Shown in pieces: positions 40,018-48,796 of a stretch of DNA of 64,000 bases (its first letter is position 1; the number at the start of each line of letters is the position of its first letter). The notes under the pieces are model-generated. The model was given only the letters and a program-made list of their open reading frames with translations, did not search any database and had not been told where the DNA came from. Source of the stretch: Flavobacteriaceae bacterium (GTDB lineage: Bacteria; Bacteroidota; Bacteroidia; Flavobacteriales; Flavobacteriaceae); the NCBI GenBank assembly GCA_016649715.1, contig JAENXC010000014.1, positions 33,813 to 97,812 of the forward strand. The letters are read 5' to 3'. The position numbers were made by a program, and so were the translations under genes.

Positions 40018-40605
40018 ATGATTCCAGAGAATTTGTTGTTGGATTACGGTGCAACTCTTGAAAACATTAATGCTTCCGAAATTATTCTTTCTGAAAAAAA
40101 ACGTGCGGATTTCTATTTTCAGATTAAAACTGGGGAAGTTAAAATGTACAATCTAAATGAGAGCGGAAAGGAATTTGTACAGGGAATTTTTTACGACGGC
40201 GAAAGTTTTGGCGAACCACCACTGTTTGCAGATTTTAAATACCCCGCTTCTGCTTCGGCTGTAAAAACCACGGAACTCTACAAGTTGTCAAAAGCTAAAC
40301 TGATTGAACTGCTGACCCATAATCCAGAAATAAATTTAAAATTCACCCGAGCCTTGGCGAAACGGCTTTATTACAAAGCCACGATTTTAAAGGAAATCTC
40401 CGTACATCCTCCTGAACATAGAATTCTTGCATTAATTGATTTTCTGAAGAATAAATACGGTTCCGAAGAACTTTTCCAAGTGGAACTCACGCGGCAGCAA
40501 ATTGCAGATTTAACAGGGCAACGCGTGGAAACCGTAATCCGTGCCATAAAACAATTGGAACAGGACGGGGAAATAAAACTTATTAAGCACAAGGTATTTC
40601 GATGA
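40018..40605 (+). CDS. Crp/Fnr family transcriptional regulator
   Basis: cNMP-binding fold (GEVKM, GESFGEPPL, YPASA) and HTH (LTRQQIADLTGQRVETVIR); no FNR Cys cluster. Confidence 0.92.
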   Translation: MIPENLLLDYGATLENINASEIILSEKKRADFYFQIKTGEVKMYNLNESGKEFVQGIFYDGESFGEPPLFADFKYPASASAVKTTELYKLSKAKLIELLTHNPEINLKFTRALAKRLYYKATILKEISVHPPEHRILALIDFLKNKYGSEELFQVELTRQQIADLTGQRVETVIRAIKQLEQDGEIKLIKHKVFR

Positions 40606-40726
40606 AAAAAAAGAGCAAAGAGAAAAGAGAAAAGAGCAGAGAGAAAGTGAAAGTAAAAATTTAGAACTGTAAGTTCTTTATTCTTTTCTCTTTATTCTCT
40701 ATTCTAAAAAACGCTAACTTCGCACT

Positions 40727-41476
40727 ATGATAAATGTGGTTTTTTTAGGTTTCGGAAATGTGAACAGCCATTTGTTTGATGCTTTATATAAGCGAAAAGA
40801 AGTTGCTGTAAAACAGGTGTTTAATAGAAATTATATTAAACTAATCTCTCCGTACGAAAACATTCCTTTTACAGATGATGTTTCAAAAATTGAAGATGCC
40901 GATGTTTACATTATCGGGATTCCAGATGATGCCATTTCCGCATTTTCCGAAAGCATGCCATTTCAAAATAGATTGGTAGTTCACACTTCGGGAGGAGTGG
41001 CGATGGATGCGCTTTCGAACAAAAACAGAGGTGGTATTTTTTATCCGTTGCAAACCTTTTCGAAACAGCGCAAAGTGGATTTTAAAAATATTCCTATTTG
41101 TATTGAAGCCGAAAATTCTAAAGATTTGAAATTGCTGCGAAGTTTGGGTGAAACCATTTCAGGAAATGTGGTTGAAATTTCTTCGGAAAAAAGAGCAAAG
41201 CTGCATCTGGCGGCCGTTTTTGTTAACAATTTTGTGAATCATTTATACCAAATTGGCAGTGAAATTTTAGATAAAGAAAGCCTGCCTTTTGATTTGCTAA
41301 AACCCTTAATTTTGGAAACCGCTTCCAAAATTGAAACCCTTTCCCCCAATGAAGCACAGACCGGTCCCGCCAAACGGAACGATATAAAAACAATTGAAAA
41401 ACATTTACATTTGTTGGACGACAGTGAATATGTGAAGTTTTATGAACTTTTTACTGAGGCATTGAAAAAAGTGTAA
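40727..41476 (+). CDS. Rossmann-fold plus DUF2520 protein
   Basis: GFGNV, HTSG, FYPLQTFS, LHLAAVFVNNF and QTGPAKRND. Confidence 0.87.
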   Translation: MINVVFLGFGNVNSHLFDALYKRKEVAVKQVFNRNYIKLISPYENIPFTDDVSKIEDADVYIIGIPDDAISAFSESMPFQNRLVVHTSGGVAMDALSNKNRGGIFYPLQTFSKQRKVDFKNIPICIEAENSKDLKLLRSLGETISGNVVEISSEKRAKLHLAAVFVNNFVNHLYQIGSEILDKESLPFDLLKPLILETASKIETLSPNEAQTGPAKRNDIKTIEKHLHLLDDSEYVKFYELFTEALKKV

Positions 41477-41479
41477 ACC

Positions 41480-41545
41480 GCCACGAATTCACGAATAAAA
41501 TATATTTTGATTCGTGTACCTGTCCGCCGGAGGAGGATTCGTGGC
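41480..41545. repeat. REP pair whose right arm is split by a cassette
   Basis: GCCACGAATTCACGAAT...ATTCGTGTA[CCTGTCCGCCGGAGGAGGA]TTCGTGGC. Confidence 0.8.
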
Positions 41546-41559
41546 AAAAAAGCATAAAT

Positions 41560-42087
41560 ATGAGCTATAAAGAATACTTAAAACACATAAACACCTTTGT
41601 TTTTGATATTGACGGGGTGCTAACGGACGGCACTATACAAGTAAACACCGAAGGCGAAATGTTCCGAACCATGAATATAAGGGATGGCTATGGCCTTAAA
41701 ACCGCCGTGGAGCAAGGATTTAAAGTGTGTGTTATTTCGGGCGGAACGAATGAAGGCGTTCGGGTTCGCCTTGAAAATCTGGGGATAAAGGACATCTTTT
41801 TGGGTGCACACCACAAAACCAAAATCTTGGAAGATTATTTAAAAACCCATAATGTTAAACGTGAAAATGTGCTCTATATGGGCGATGATTTGCCCGATTT
41901 TGAAATTATGCAGGAAGTGGGTCTTCCCACCTGTCCGCAGGATGCCGTGCAGGAAATTAAAGCCATTTCAAAATACGTTTCCCACAAAAAAGGTGGCAAA
42001 GGCTGCGTGCGCGATGTGATTGAACAAGTGCTGAAAGTGCAGGGAAAGTGGATGGTTACTAATGGTGTTAGCGCGAAGTATGATTAG
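41560..42087 (+). CDS. kdsC: KdsC/YrbI family HAD phosphatase (Kdo-8-phosphate phosphatase-like)
   Basis: DIDGVLTDG, ISGG, GDDLPD and GGKGCVRD. Confidence 0.85.
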   Translation: MSYKEYLKHINTFVFDIDGVLTDGTIQVNTEGEMFRTMNIRDGYGLKTAVEQGFKVCVISGGTNEGVRVRLENLGIKDIFLGAHHKTKILEDYLKTHNVKRENVLYMGDDLPDFEIMQEVGLPTCPQDAVQEIKAISKYVSHKKGGKGCVRDVIEQVLKVQGKWMVTNGVSAKYD

Positions 42088-42105
42088 AAATGAAATCGAA
42101 ACTTT

Positions 42106-42210
42106 GCCCCAACCCTAAAGGGAGCTTCATTCGCCTCTTTAAAGATTGGAATTGAATACAAAACTTAAAATCTTAAGAAAACTTTCTCCTCCCCTTTAGG
42201 GGTCGGGGGT
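42106..42210. repeat. Inverted CCCCAACCCTAAAGGG / CCCCTTTAGGGGTCGGGG REP-like pair
   Basis: Arms at 42106-42125 and 42189-42210; related to the elements at 11761, 30589 and inside the MITE at 59446. Confidence 0.65.
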
Positions 42211-42222
42211 AAATCCAAAACC

Positions 42223-43146
42223 TTGAACTATTTAAACCTTTTTCGCTATCAAAATCTGCTCTTCCTTGCTTTGGTGCAGATTTTTATTAAATATGGCCTT
42301 TTCCATCCGTTTGGAATTGATGTTACCTTAAACACTTTTAGCTTCGCTTTGCTCGTTATTGCTACCTTGTGTATTGCCGCTGCTGGAAATATCATCAACG
42401 ATATTTACGATGTTGAAATTGACAAAATCAACAAACCCAACAAAGTTTTGGTTGGCAGAAAAATTTCGGAGCGAAACGCGAATTGGCTCTATATAGCTCT
42501 AAATGTCATTGGCGTTGCGATTGGCTTCTACCTTTCAAACAGCATCGGAAAACCAAGTTTCGCAGCGCTTTTCATTGTTTTTTCGGCATTGCTTTATTTA
42601 TATGCTTCCTATTTAAAAGGAATGCTATTGGTGGGGAACCTTTTGGTTTCTGCTTTGGTGGCGATGAGTTTGATTACAGTCGCGCTTTTTGATTTGCTCC
42701 CTGCAACCTCAGTGGAAAATCAGGCTTCGCAATCGGCAGTTTTCAAAATTGTTTTGTATTATTCGCTGTTTGCTTTCTCAATAAATTTTATTCGTGAAAT
42801 TGTAAAGGACCTACAGGACATCAATGGCGATAAAAAAGGCGGAATGAACACGCTGGCAATTGCACTGGGACGAAAAAGATCTGTGATTATTGTCTTTATT
42901 TTGGGCGTCTTTACGGTTTTGGGCGTAGTGTTTTATATGTATGAACATTTGTACAACCAGCAAATTTTAATGCTGTATTTTCTTTTCGCCATAGTCGCGC
43001 CGTTGCTTTATTTCTGCATAAAATCTTGGGGCGCCAAAACAGAGAAGGAATTTGCGTTTCTGTCAAATCTTTTAAAAATTATAATGTTTTTGGGAATCTG
43101 TTCCATTCCGCTGTTTCAATTCACAATTTTGAATTTTTCACTATGA
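42223..43146 (+). CDS. UbiA-family prenyltransferase (DGGGP synthase-like)
   Basis: TTG start; GNIINDIYDVEIDKINKP and REIVKDLQDINGD Asp-rich motifs; multiple TM helices. Confidence 0.85.
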   Translation: MNYLNLFRYQNLLFLALVQIFIKYGLFHPFGIDVTLNTFSFALLVIATLCIAAAGNIINDIYDVEIDKINKPNKVLVGRKISERNANWLYIALNVIGVAIGFYLSNSIGKPSFAALFIVFSALLYLYASYLKGMLLVGNLLVSALVAMSLITVALFDLLPATSVENQASQSAVFKIVLYYSLFAFSINFIREIVKDLQDINGDKKGGMNTLAIALGRKRSVIIVFILGVFTVLGVVFYMYEHLYNQQILMLYFLFAIVAPLLYFCIKSWGAKTEKEFAFLSNLLKIIMFLGICSIPLFQFTILNFSL

Positions 43147-43151
43147 GAACA

Positions 43152-43297
43152 GTCGAAGAATGTCACCCTGAGCAGCCTGTCCTGAGCGGAGTCGAAGGGC
43201 AGTCGAAGAATGTCACCCTGAGCGCAGTCGAAGGGTTGAACCTTGAATATTGAATATTGAATATTGAATATTGAATATTGAATATTGAATATTGAAT
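43152..43297. repeat. Duplicated and self-nested GTCACCCTGAGCGCAGTCGAAGGG elements followed by (TTGAATA)7
   Basis: Two AGTCGAAGAATGTCACCCTGAGC units, the first interrupted by AGCCTGTCCTGAGCGGAGTCGAAGGGC; heptamer run at 43243-43297. Confidence 0.88.
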
Positions 43298-43303
43298 TTA
43301 TAT

Positions 43304-43891
43304 ATGCTAAAAGAAAAACTAAAAAATCACAACATCATCCTCGCTTCCGGTTCGCCGAGAAGACAGGCTTTCTTTAAGGAACTGGATTTGGATTTTACAA
43401 TTCAGATTAAAGAAGTTGAAGAGCTTTATTCTTCAAATTTAAAACACTCAGAGATAACGGATTACCTATCGCAACTGAAAGCATCGGTTTTTGTAGATTT
43501 GAAACAAAATGACATCCTTATTACGAGTGACACAATTGTATGGAAAGATGAAAAAGCAATCGGAAAACCGAAAGATTTTGAAGAAGCCAAACAAATGTTG
43601 CGCGATTTGAGCGGGAAAATGCACGAAGTGATCACTTCGGTCTGTTTTACTTCAAAGGAATTTCAGAAAACCGTAAACGACGTTACCAAAGTTTGGTTCA
43701 AAACCCTTTCCGAAGAGGAAATAGATTATTATTTAAAAACCTACAAACCCTTTGACAAAGCGGGAAGCTACGGTATTCAGGAATGGATAGGCTACATTGG
43801 CATCGAAAAGATTGAAGGGTGCTATTTTAATGTAATGGGGCTTCCCACGCGGCTTGTTTATAAAATGTTAACCGAGATTGCCGAGCGTTGA
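43304..43891 (+). CDS. maf: Maf family nucleotide pyrophosphatase
   Basis: Start MLKEKL at 43304; ILASGSPRR, TSDTIV, KPKD, DKAGSYGIQ and NVMGLP. Confidence 0.93.
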   Translation: MLKEKLKNHNIILASGSPRRQAFFKELDLDFTIQIKEVEELYSSNLKHSEITDYLSQLKASVFVDLKQNDILITSDTIVWKDEKAIGKPKDFEEAKQMLRDLSGKMHEVITSVCFTSKEFQKTVNDVTKVWFKTLSEEEIDYYLKTYKPFDKAGSYGIQEWIGYIGIEKIEGCYFNVMGLPTRLVYKMLTEIAER

Positions 43892-43926
43892 ATTTTTGGT
43901 ATGTTTGCACCAAATCCTTCAATAAA

Positions 43927-44862
43927 ATGAACCTTTTAAAACTGCTTCCTTTTCTCGCTTTTTTGGTTGTTTTCAACAGTTGCAATTCTTCCGAAGAAAA
44001 AAAGGGCACGCCGACCCTTCCGAAGAAAAAAGTAACAGTGAAAACTGCGGAACCGCGAAATCTTTCAGAGGAATTTAAAGACTATTGGTATGCTGGAAAA
44101 GCTGAAATAACCTCCTATCAGCTTATACAGGAACGCTACGGCGAACTCCGCGAGGGCACGGCCGTAAACATTTTCGTGTCCGAGGATTTTCTGCCGGATG
44201 CGCAAGTAAAGGCGAATAATTCTTCTGAAAACAACATTTCAGTTTTGAAATTGAACCAAATGAAGAATTTCAGTACCGGTATTTATCCGTATTCCATAAT
44301 GACGAGTACTTTCATCCCAATTTCCAACACGGGCCACGCGCTGAAAGTGAGCAACAGCGTGCAGGAATGGTGTGGACAGGTTTATATGCAGCTCAACAAC
44401 CGCGCTGATTTTGAAATAGAGAGCCACTCCTATTTTGAGGGCGAAGCGGATCAAAATCTCACTTTGCCAAAAACTTGGCTGGAAAACGAACTTTGGAACC
44501 TAATCCGCATCAACCCCGAAGAACTGCCCACAGGCGACTTGATGGTTATCCCTTCGTTTGAGTATCTGCGGCTTCGGCACAAAGAAATAAAGCAGCACAA
44601 CGCTTTTGCCAGTTTGAAACAGGGCGATTCCATTACCATTTACACTTTAAATTATCCAGATTTACAGCGGCAGTTGATGCTTTATTTCCACAGCACTTTT
44701 CCCTATGAAATTGAGAAATGGGAAGAAGTGAACGCCGCCGACCAAAATGATACGTTAAAACTAAAAACCACCGCCTTAAAACTCAAAAGAATACGGACCG
44801 ATTACTGGAACAAAAACCGAAATGAGTTTGCCTACCTTCGGGATTCATTGGGCCTGAAATGA
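43927..44862 (+). CDS. Conserved hypothetical lipoprotein
   Basis: Start MNLLKLL at 43927; lipobox FNSC; YWYAGKAEITSY and SVQEWCGQ; no Maf motifs. Confidence 0.75.
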   Translation: MNLLKLLPFLAFLVVFNSCNSSEEKKGTPTLPKKKVTVKTAEPRNLSEEFKDYWYAGKAEITSYQLIQERYGELREGTAVNIFVSEDFLPDAQVKANNSSENNISVLKLNQMKNFSTGIYPYSIMTSTFIPISNTGHALKVSNSVQEWCGQVYMQLNNRADFEIESHSYFEGEADQNLTLPKTWLENELWNLIRINPEELPTGDLMVIPSFEYLRLRHKEIKQHNAFASLKQGDSITIYTLNYPDLQRQLMLYFHSTFPYEIEKWEEVNAADQNDTLKLKTTALKLKRIRTDYWNKNRNEFAYLRDSLGLK

Positions 44863-44869
44863 AATTGCT

Positions 44870-45433
44870 ATGATAAACCTAAAAGAATATTACCCAGAAC
44901 TCATTGAATCCGGAATACTACTCTTGGTTGTGCTACTGTTGCGGTTTATCCTAAAAAGAACCGTCCGCAACTTCGCCAAAAAAATTGAACGGCTGGAGCA
45001 CCGTACCGGTTTGATTATGAAACACGTAGATTTTGCGATCTTCTTTATATTAGTCTTTGGCTTTATATTGATTTGGGGTGTTGACTTTAGGAATGTGGGT
45101 GTTGTAATGTCCTCAGTTTTTGCGGTTATCGGGATTGCATTTTTTGCGCAATGGTCCATTCTCAGCAACGTCACCAGCGGCGTGATTATGTTTTTCACCT
45201 TTCCCTATAAAATTGGCGATTACATAAAAATCCACGATAAAGAAATGCCCTGCGAAGGTATTATTGAAGACATCAAAACGTTTCACATCATCCTTCACAC
45301 CACCACCAACGAAATCATAACCTATCCCAATAGTATGATGCTCCAGAAAGGTGTGAGCATTATTAAACCCGAGGAGTTTTATGAGCAGCAAAACGAACTC
45401 GATAAAAATAAGGAAGAATTGCCCCACGATTAA
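44870..45433 (+). CDS. Small-conductance mechanosensitive channel family protein
   Basis: Three TM segments; LSNVTSG...PYKIGDYI and TYPNS MscS beta-domain motifs. Confidence 0.87.
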   Translation: MINLKEYYPELIESGILLLVVLLLRFILKRTVRNFAKKIERLEHRTGLIMKHVDFAIFFILVFGFILIWGVDFRNVGVVMSSVFAVIGIAFFAQWSILSNVTSGVIMFFTFPYKIGDYIKIHDKEMPCEGIIEDIKTFHIILHTTTNEIITYPNSMMLQKGVSIIKPEEFYEQQNELDKNKEELPHD

Positions 45434-45486
45434 TTTTCACAAATAGGTATCTTTGATGGGTTTCGTACAATTCAGATATATATTTT

Positions 45487-48018
45487 ATGCAAAGAACATC
45501 TTTTTCACGACTTCTATTTTTATTTTTCGCAATAGCAGCTACCGCTCAAACCCCTAAAAAACTTACCACTTCCGAAATATATCACGATCTCCAAAAACTT
45601 AATTTTGTGGGTTCTGCACTCTATATTGCGGCTCATCCCGATGATGAAAATACACGCCTGATTTCCTATTTGGTAAATGACGTGCAAGCAAACACTGCCT
45701 ATCTTTCCATCACCCGTGGCGATGGCGGACAAAATTTGGTTGGCCCCGAATTGCGTGAACTGCTCGGAGTTATCCGCACGCAGGAGCTTTTGGCAGCGCG
45801 AAGAACCGATGGCGCCCAACAATTTTTTACACGTGCCAATGATTTTGGCTACAGCAAAAACCCCGATGAAACTTTTGAGTTTTGGAACCGAAACGATGTT
45901 TTGAGCGATGTTGTGCAGACCATCCGAAAATTCAAACCGGATATTGTAATAAACCGTTTTGACCATCGCAGCCCAGGTAGCACCCATGGCCACCACACGG
46001 CTTCGGCAATGTTGAGCGTAGAGGCTTTTGATTTGGTTGACAATCCTTCAAAATTTCCAAGATCTGCGGAAACTTATGGCGTTTGGAAACCGCAGCGACT
46101 GTTTTTCAATACTTCGTGGTGGTTCTACGGAAGCAAGGAAAAGTTTGATAAAGCCGATAAATCGAAACTCGTTTCGGTGGAAACCGGAAACTTTTTTCCT
46201 TCCCTCGGACTTTCCAATGGCGAAATCGCATCGCTCAGCCGAAGTATGCACAAATCGCAGGGGTTTGGAAGCACGGGCTCGCGCGGGGCGGAAACCGAAT
46301 ATTTGGAATTATTGGAAGGCTCAAAACCTTCCGACAATAATTTATTCGAAGGAATAAACACCAATTGGTCGCGACTTGAGGGGGGAAAGGAAATTGGTGC
46401 TATCTTAAATCCCTTGGAAGAAAATTTCAACTTTAAAAATCCTTCAGAAATGCTTCCGCAGTTGTTGAAAGTGTATCCAATGGTTTCAAATTTGAAAGAT
46501 GCGCATTGGCGAAACATAAAACTGGAACAACTGAAACAGCTCATTTTGGATTGCGGCGGAATCTTCATTGAAGCCGCTTCCGAAGAAAATTCGGTAAACC
46601 CGAACGAAAATTTCAAAGTAAATATTGAAGCCATCAACCGTGGAAAAGAAGCTATTGTTCTAAAATCGGTTAAAAATTCCGAAGCCGTGCCTGCCGGCTT
46701 GCCCGCCGGGGAGGGCAGGCAGGGTAAAATTCTTTGGAATGAATCCGCAACACTTCCCTTTAATGAAGATAAAAAACTGGAAATAACAGTTAATTCGGGA
46801 ACTCACGATCCAAAATATTCTTCGCCTTATTGGCTGAACGATAAAGGAACCGTCGGAATGTACGTTGCCCCCGAAGCGTTGATTGGTCTGCCTGAAACCC
46901 CGCCGCTGGAGCAATTGGTTTTCGAGCTTCAATTTGGAAACACAACAATTCCATTTACAAAAAACATAATTTATAAATTCAACGATCCCGTGAAAGGGGA
47001 AGTCTATCGCCCGTTGGAAGTATTGCCCGAAGTCACCGCTTCCATCCCTGAAAAGGTCTTGATTTTCGCCAGCAACGCCCCTGAAAATGTTTCTGTAATC
47101 GTTCGTGCTGGGAAAGACAATATTTCTGGAAATGTGAGCTTGCAGCATCCCGAGGGTTGGAAAGTTGAGCCTGCACAGCAATCATTTCAGCTAAACAGAA
47201 ATGGCGAATCAAAGACATTCAGTTTCAAAGTAACCCCGCCGAACAGTCAAAGTGAGGGCTATTTAAAACCATTGGTAAATGTGGAGGGCCAAACTTTTGA
47301 TAAGGAATTGATAACTATCAATTACGAACACATTCCGTATCAAAGCGTGTTGTTACCCTCGGAAGCGAAAGTTGCGAAGATTGATATTCAGAAAAAAGGT
47401 CAAAACATAGGCTACATCAACGGTGCGGGCGATGCCATTCCTGAAAGTTTGATACAGATTGGCTATTCCGTAAGCACGATCGACCCTTTGACTATTTCAG
47501 AAAAAAACCTTCAGAATTTTGATGCAATCGTTGTCGGAATTCGTGCGTATAACACCGTTCCCGAATTGGCTTTTGTGCAACCAATTTTGAATAAATACGT
47601 TGAAAACGGCGGAACGATGATAGTTCAATACAACACCAGCCAGGCTTTGGTTACTGAAAATCTCGCCCCTTATTCACTAAAACTCTCGCACGACCGAGTA
47701 ACCGATGAGTTTTCGGAGGTAAAAATGCTCGCCCCGGAAAATCCATTATTGAACACGCCCAATAAAATAACCCAAAAAGATTTTGAAGGCTGGGTACAAG
47801 AACGCGGACTCTATTTTCCGAACGAGTGGGCGAAGGAATTCACGCCAATCCTCGGAATGCACGACAAAAGCGAAGCCCAAACAAAAGGTTCGTTGCTCGT
47901 ATCTAAATACGGAAAAGGGTATTATATTTATACAGGCTTGAGCTTTTTCCGCGAACTTCCCGCTGGCGTTCCCGGAGCTTATAGATTGTTTGCGAATATG
48001 CTTTCTGTGGGGAAATAA
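45487..48018 (+). CDS. Exported PIG-L/LmbE family deacetylase with Ig-like (NEW3-like) and C-terminal GATase-like domains
   Basis: Signal peptide; AHPDDEN, TRGDGGQN, DFGYSK and HGHH; -7 element TATCTTTG at 45448-55; contains a 13-aa palindromic insert. Confidence 0.9.
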   Translation: MQRTSFSRLLFLFFAIAATAQTPKKLTTSEIYHDLQKLNFVGSALYIAAHPDDENTRLISYLVNDVQANTAYLSITRGDGGQNLVGPELRELLGVIRTQELLAARRTDGAQQFFTRANDFGYSKNPDETFEFWNRNDVLSDVVQTIRKFKPDIVINRFDHRSPGSTHGHHTASAMLSVEAFDLVDNPSKFPRSAETYGVWKPQRLFFNTSWWFYGSKEKFDKADKSKLVSVETGNFFPSLGLSNGEIASLSRSMHKSQGFGSTGSRGAETEYLELLEGSKPSDNNLFEGINTNWSRLEGGKEIGAILNPLEENFNFKNPSEMLPQLLKVYPMVSNLKDAHWRNIKLEQLKQLILDCGGIFIEAASEENSVNPNENFKVNIEAINRGKEAIVLKSVKNSEAVPAGLPAGEGRQGKILWNESATLPFNEDKKLEITVNSGTHDPKYSSPYWLNDKGTVGMYVAPEALIGLPETPPLEQLVFELQFGNTTIPFTKNIIYKFNDPVKGEVYRPLEVLPEVTASIPEKVLIFASNAPENVSVIVRAGKDNISGNVSLQHPEGWKVEPAQQSFQLNRNGESKTFSFKVTPPNSQSEGYLKPLVNVEGQTFDKELITINYEHIPYQSVLLPSEAKVAKIDIQKKGQNIGYINGAGDAIPESLIQIGYSVSTIDPLTISEKNLQNFDAIVVGIRAYNTVPELAFVQPILNKYVENGGTMIVQYNTSQALVTENLAPYSLKLSHDRVTDEFSEVKMLAPENPLLNTPNKITQKDFEGWVQERGLYFPNEWAKEFTPILGMHDKSEAQTKGSLLVSKYGKGYYIYTGLSFFRELPAGVPGAYRLFANMLSVGK
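46684..46722. repeat. 39-bp nested palindromic cassette inserted in frame in the PIG-L gene
   Basis: GCCGTGCCTGCCGGCTTGCCCGCCGGGGAGGGCAGGCAG encodes AVPAGLPAGEGRQ; very GC-rich within AT-rich flanks. Confidence 0.8.
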
Positions 48019-48069
48019 GTTGTTAAAAGGAAGGGATTTTCGTATTTTTAAAAATTAAATATAAGGATT

Positions 48070-48291
48070 ATGGAAACATTGAGCGTCAAAATTTTAAATC
48101 CGGAAGCAAAAAGGCTTTTAAAGGAAATGGTCGATAAGGATTTGATTGAAATTGAGGATTCTAAAAAGGAATTCTTAGAACTTCTGAATCGATTGCAAAG
48201 TAATTCCAAAAACGCTCCTACACTCGAAGAAATCACGAAGGAAGTGGAAATAGTGAGAAAAGCGAGATATGAGCAAGAAAATAATCGTTGA
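48070..48291 (+). CDS. Putative antitoxin (73 aa)
   Basis: Overlaps the PIN gene by 23 nt; C-terminal PTLEEITKEVEIVRKARY helix; typical type II antitoxin size. Confidence 0.65.
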   Translation: METLSVKILNPEAKRLLKEMVDKDLIEIEDSKKEFLELLNRLQSNSKNAPTLEEITKEVEIVRKARYEQENNR

Positions 48292-48682
48292 TACCAACTT
48301 ATGGATAAGTTTTTTAATAACCAAAAAGTATCAAACTTTTAAAAAGCCTATCATTTCCAATAATATAACCATACTTTTTTCTTCCCAATCCATAACGGAA
48401 TTTTGGGATGTTTCTCGTAGACCACATTTCGAAAAATTATTTCCATTAGAAGAGGTAAATATTTTGTTTGCGGTTTTTAAAGTATTCGGTATCCAAATAA
48501 AACCAACTTCTAATTTAAAAATTTGCCGTGACGAAAAAGACAACTTTCTTCTTAATTTAGCCATTGACGGCAAAGCCGATTATTTAATTACTGGAGACAA
48601 AGATTTACTGATACTCAAAAAAGTTGGGAATACTAAAATTCTTACCTATTCAGAATTTACTGGAGAAATGAACCAAAAATAA
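48269..48682 (+). CDS. PIN-domain putative toxin (PIN_3/TIGR00305-like)
   Basis: IIVDTNLWIS, CRDEKDNFLLNLA and YLITGDKDLL acidic PIN motifs. Confidence 0.88.
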   Translation: MSKKIIVDTNLWISFLITKKYQTFKKPIISNNITILFSSQSITEFWDVSRRPHFEKLFPLEEVNILFAVFKVFGIQIKPTSNLKICRDEKDNFLLNLAIDGKADYLITGDKDLLILKKVGNTKILTYSEFTGEMNQK

Positions 48683-48796
48683 ATGATGGACAACCAATCC
48701 CAAAAATTCACCTGGAAATGGAGCTACACCATAGTTCTCCTGCTCAATGCTGCTTATATCTATCTGTTTTATTTACTAATGCAAAACTTCACATAA
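48683..48796 (+). CDS. 37-aa single-TM protein translationally coupled to the sodium symporter; missed by the ORF track
   Basis: MMDNQSQKFTWKWSYTIVLLLNAAYIYLFYLLMQNFT; its TAA (48794-96) directly abuts the symporter ATG at 48797. Confidence 0.75.
   Translation: MMDNQSQKFTWKWSYTIVLLLNAAYIYLFYLLMQNFT

Noticed and set aside
43927-44862. Lipoprotein after maf as a second Maf or septum inhibitor
   Set aside because: It has a lipoprotein signal and none of the Maf motifs; any such label would come from adjacency only.
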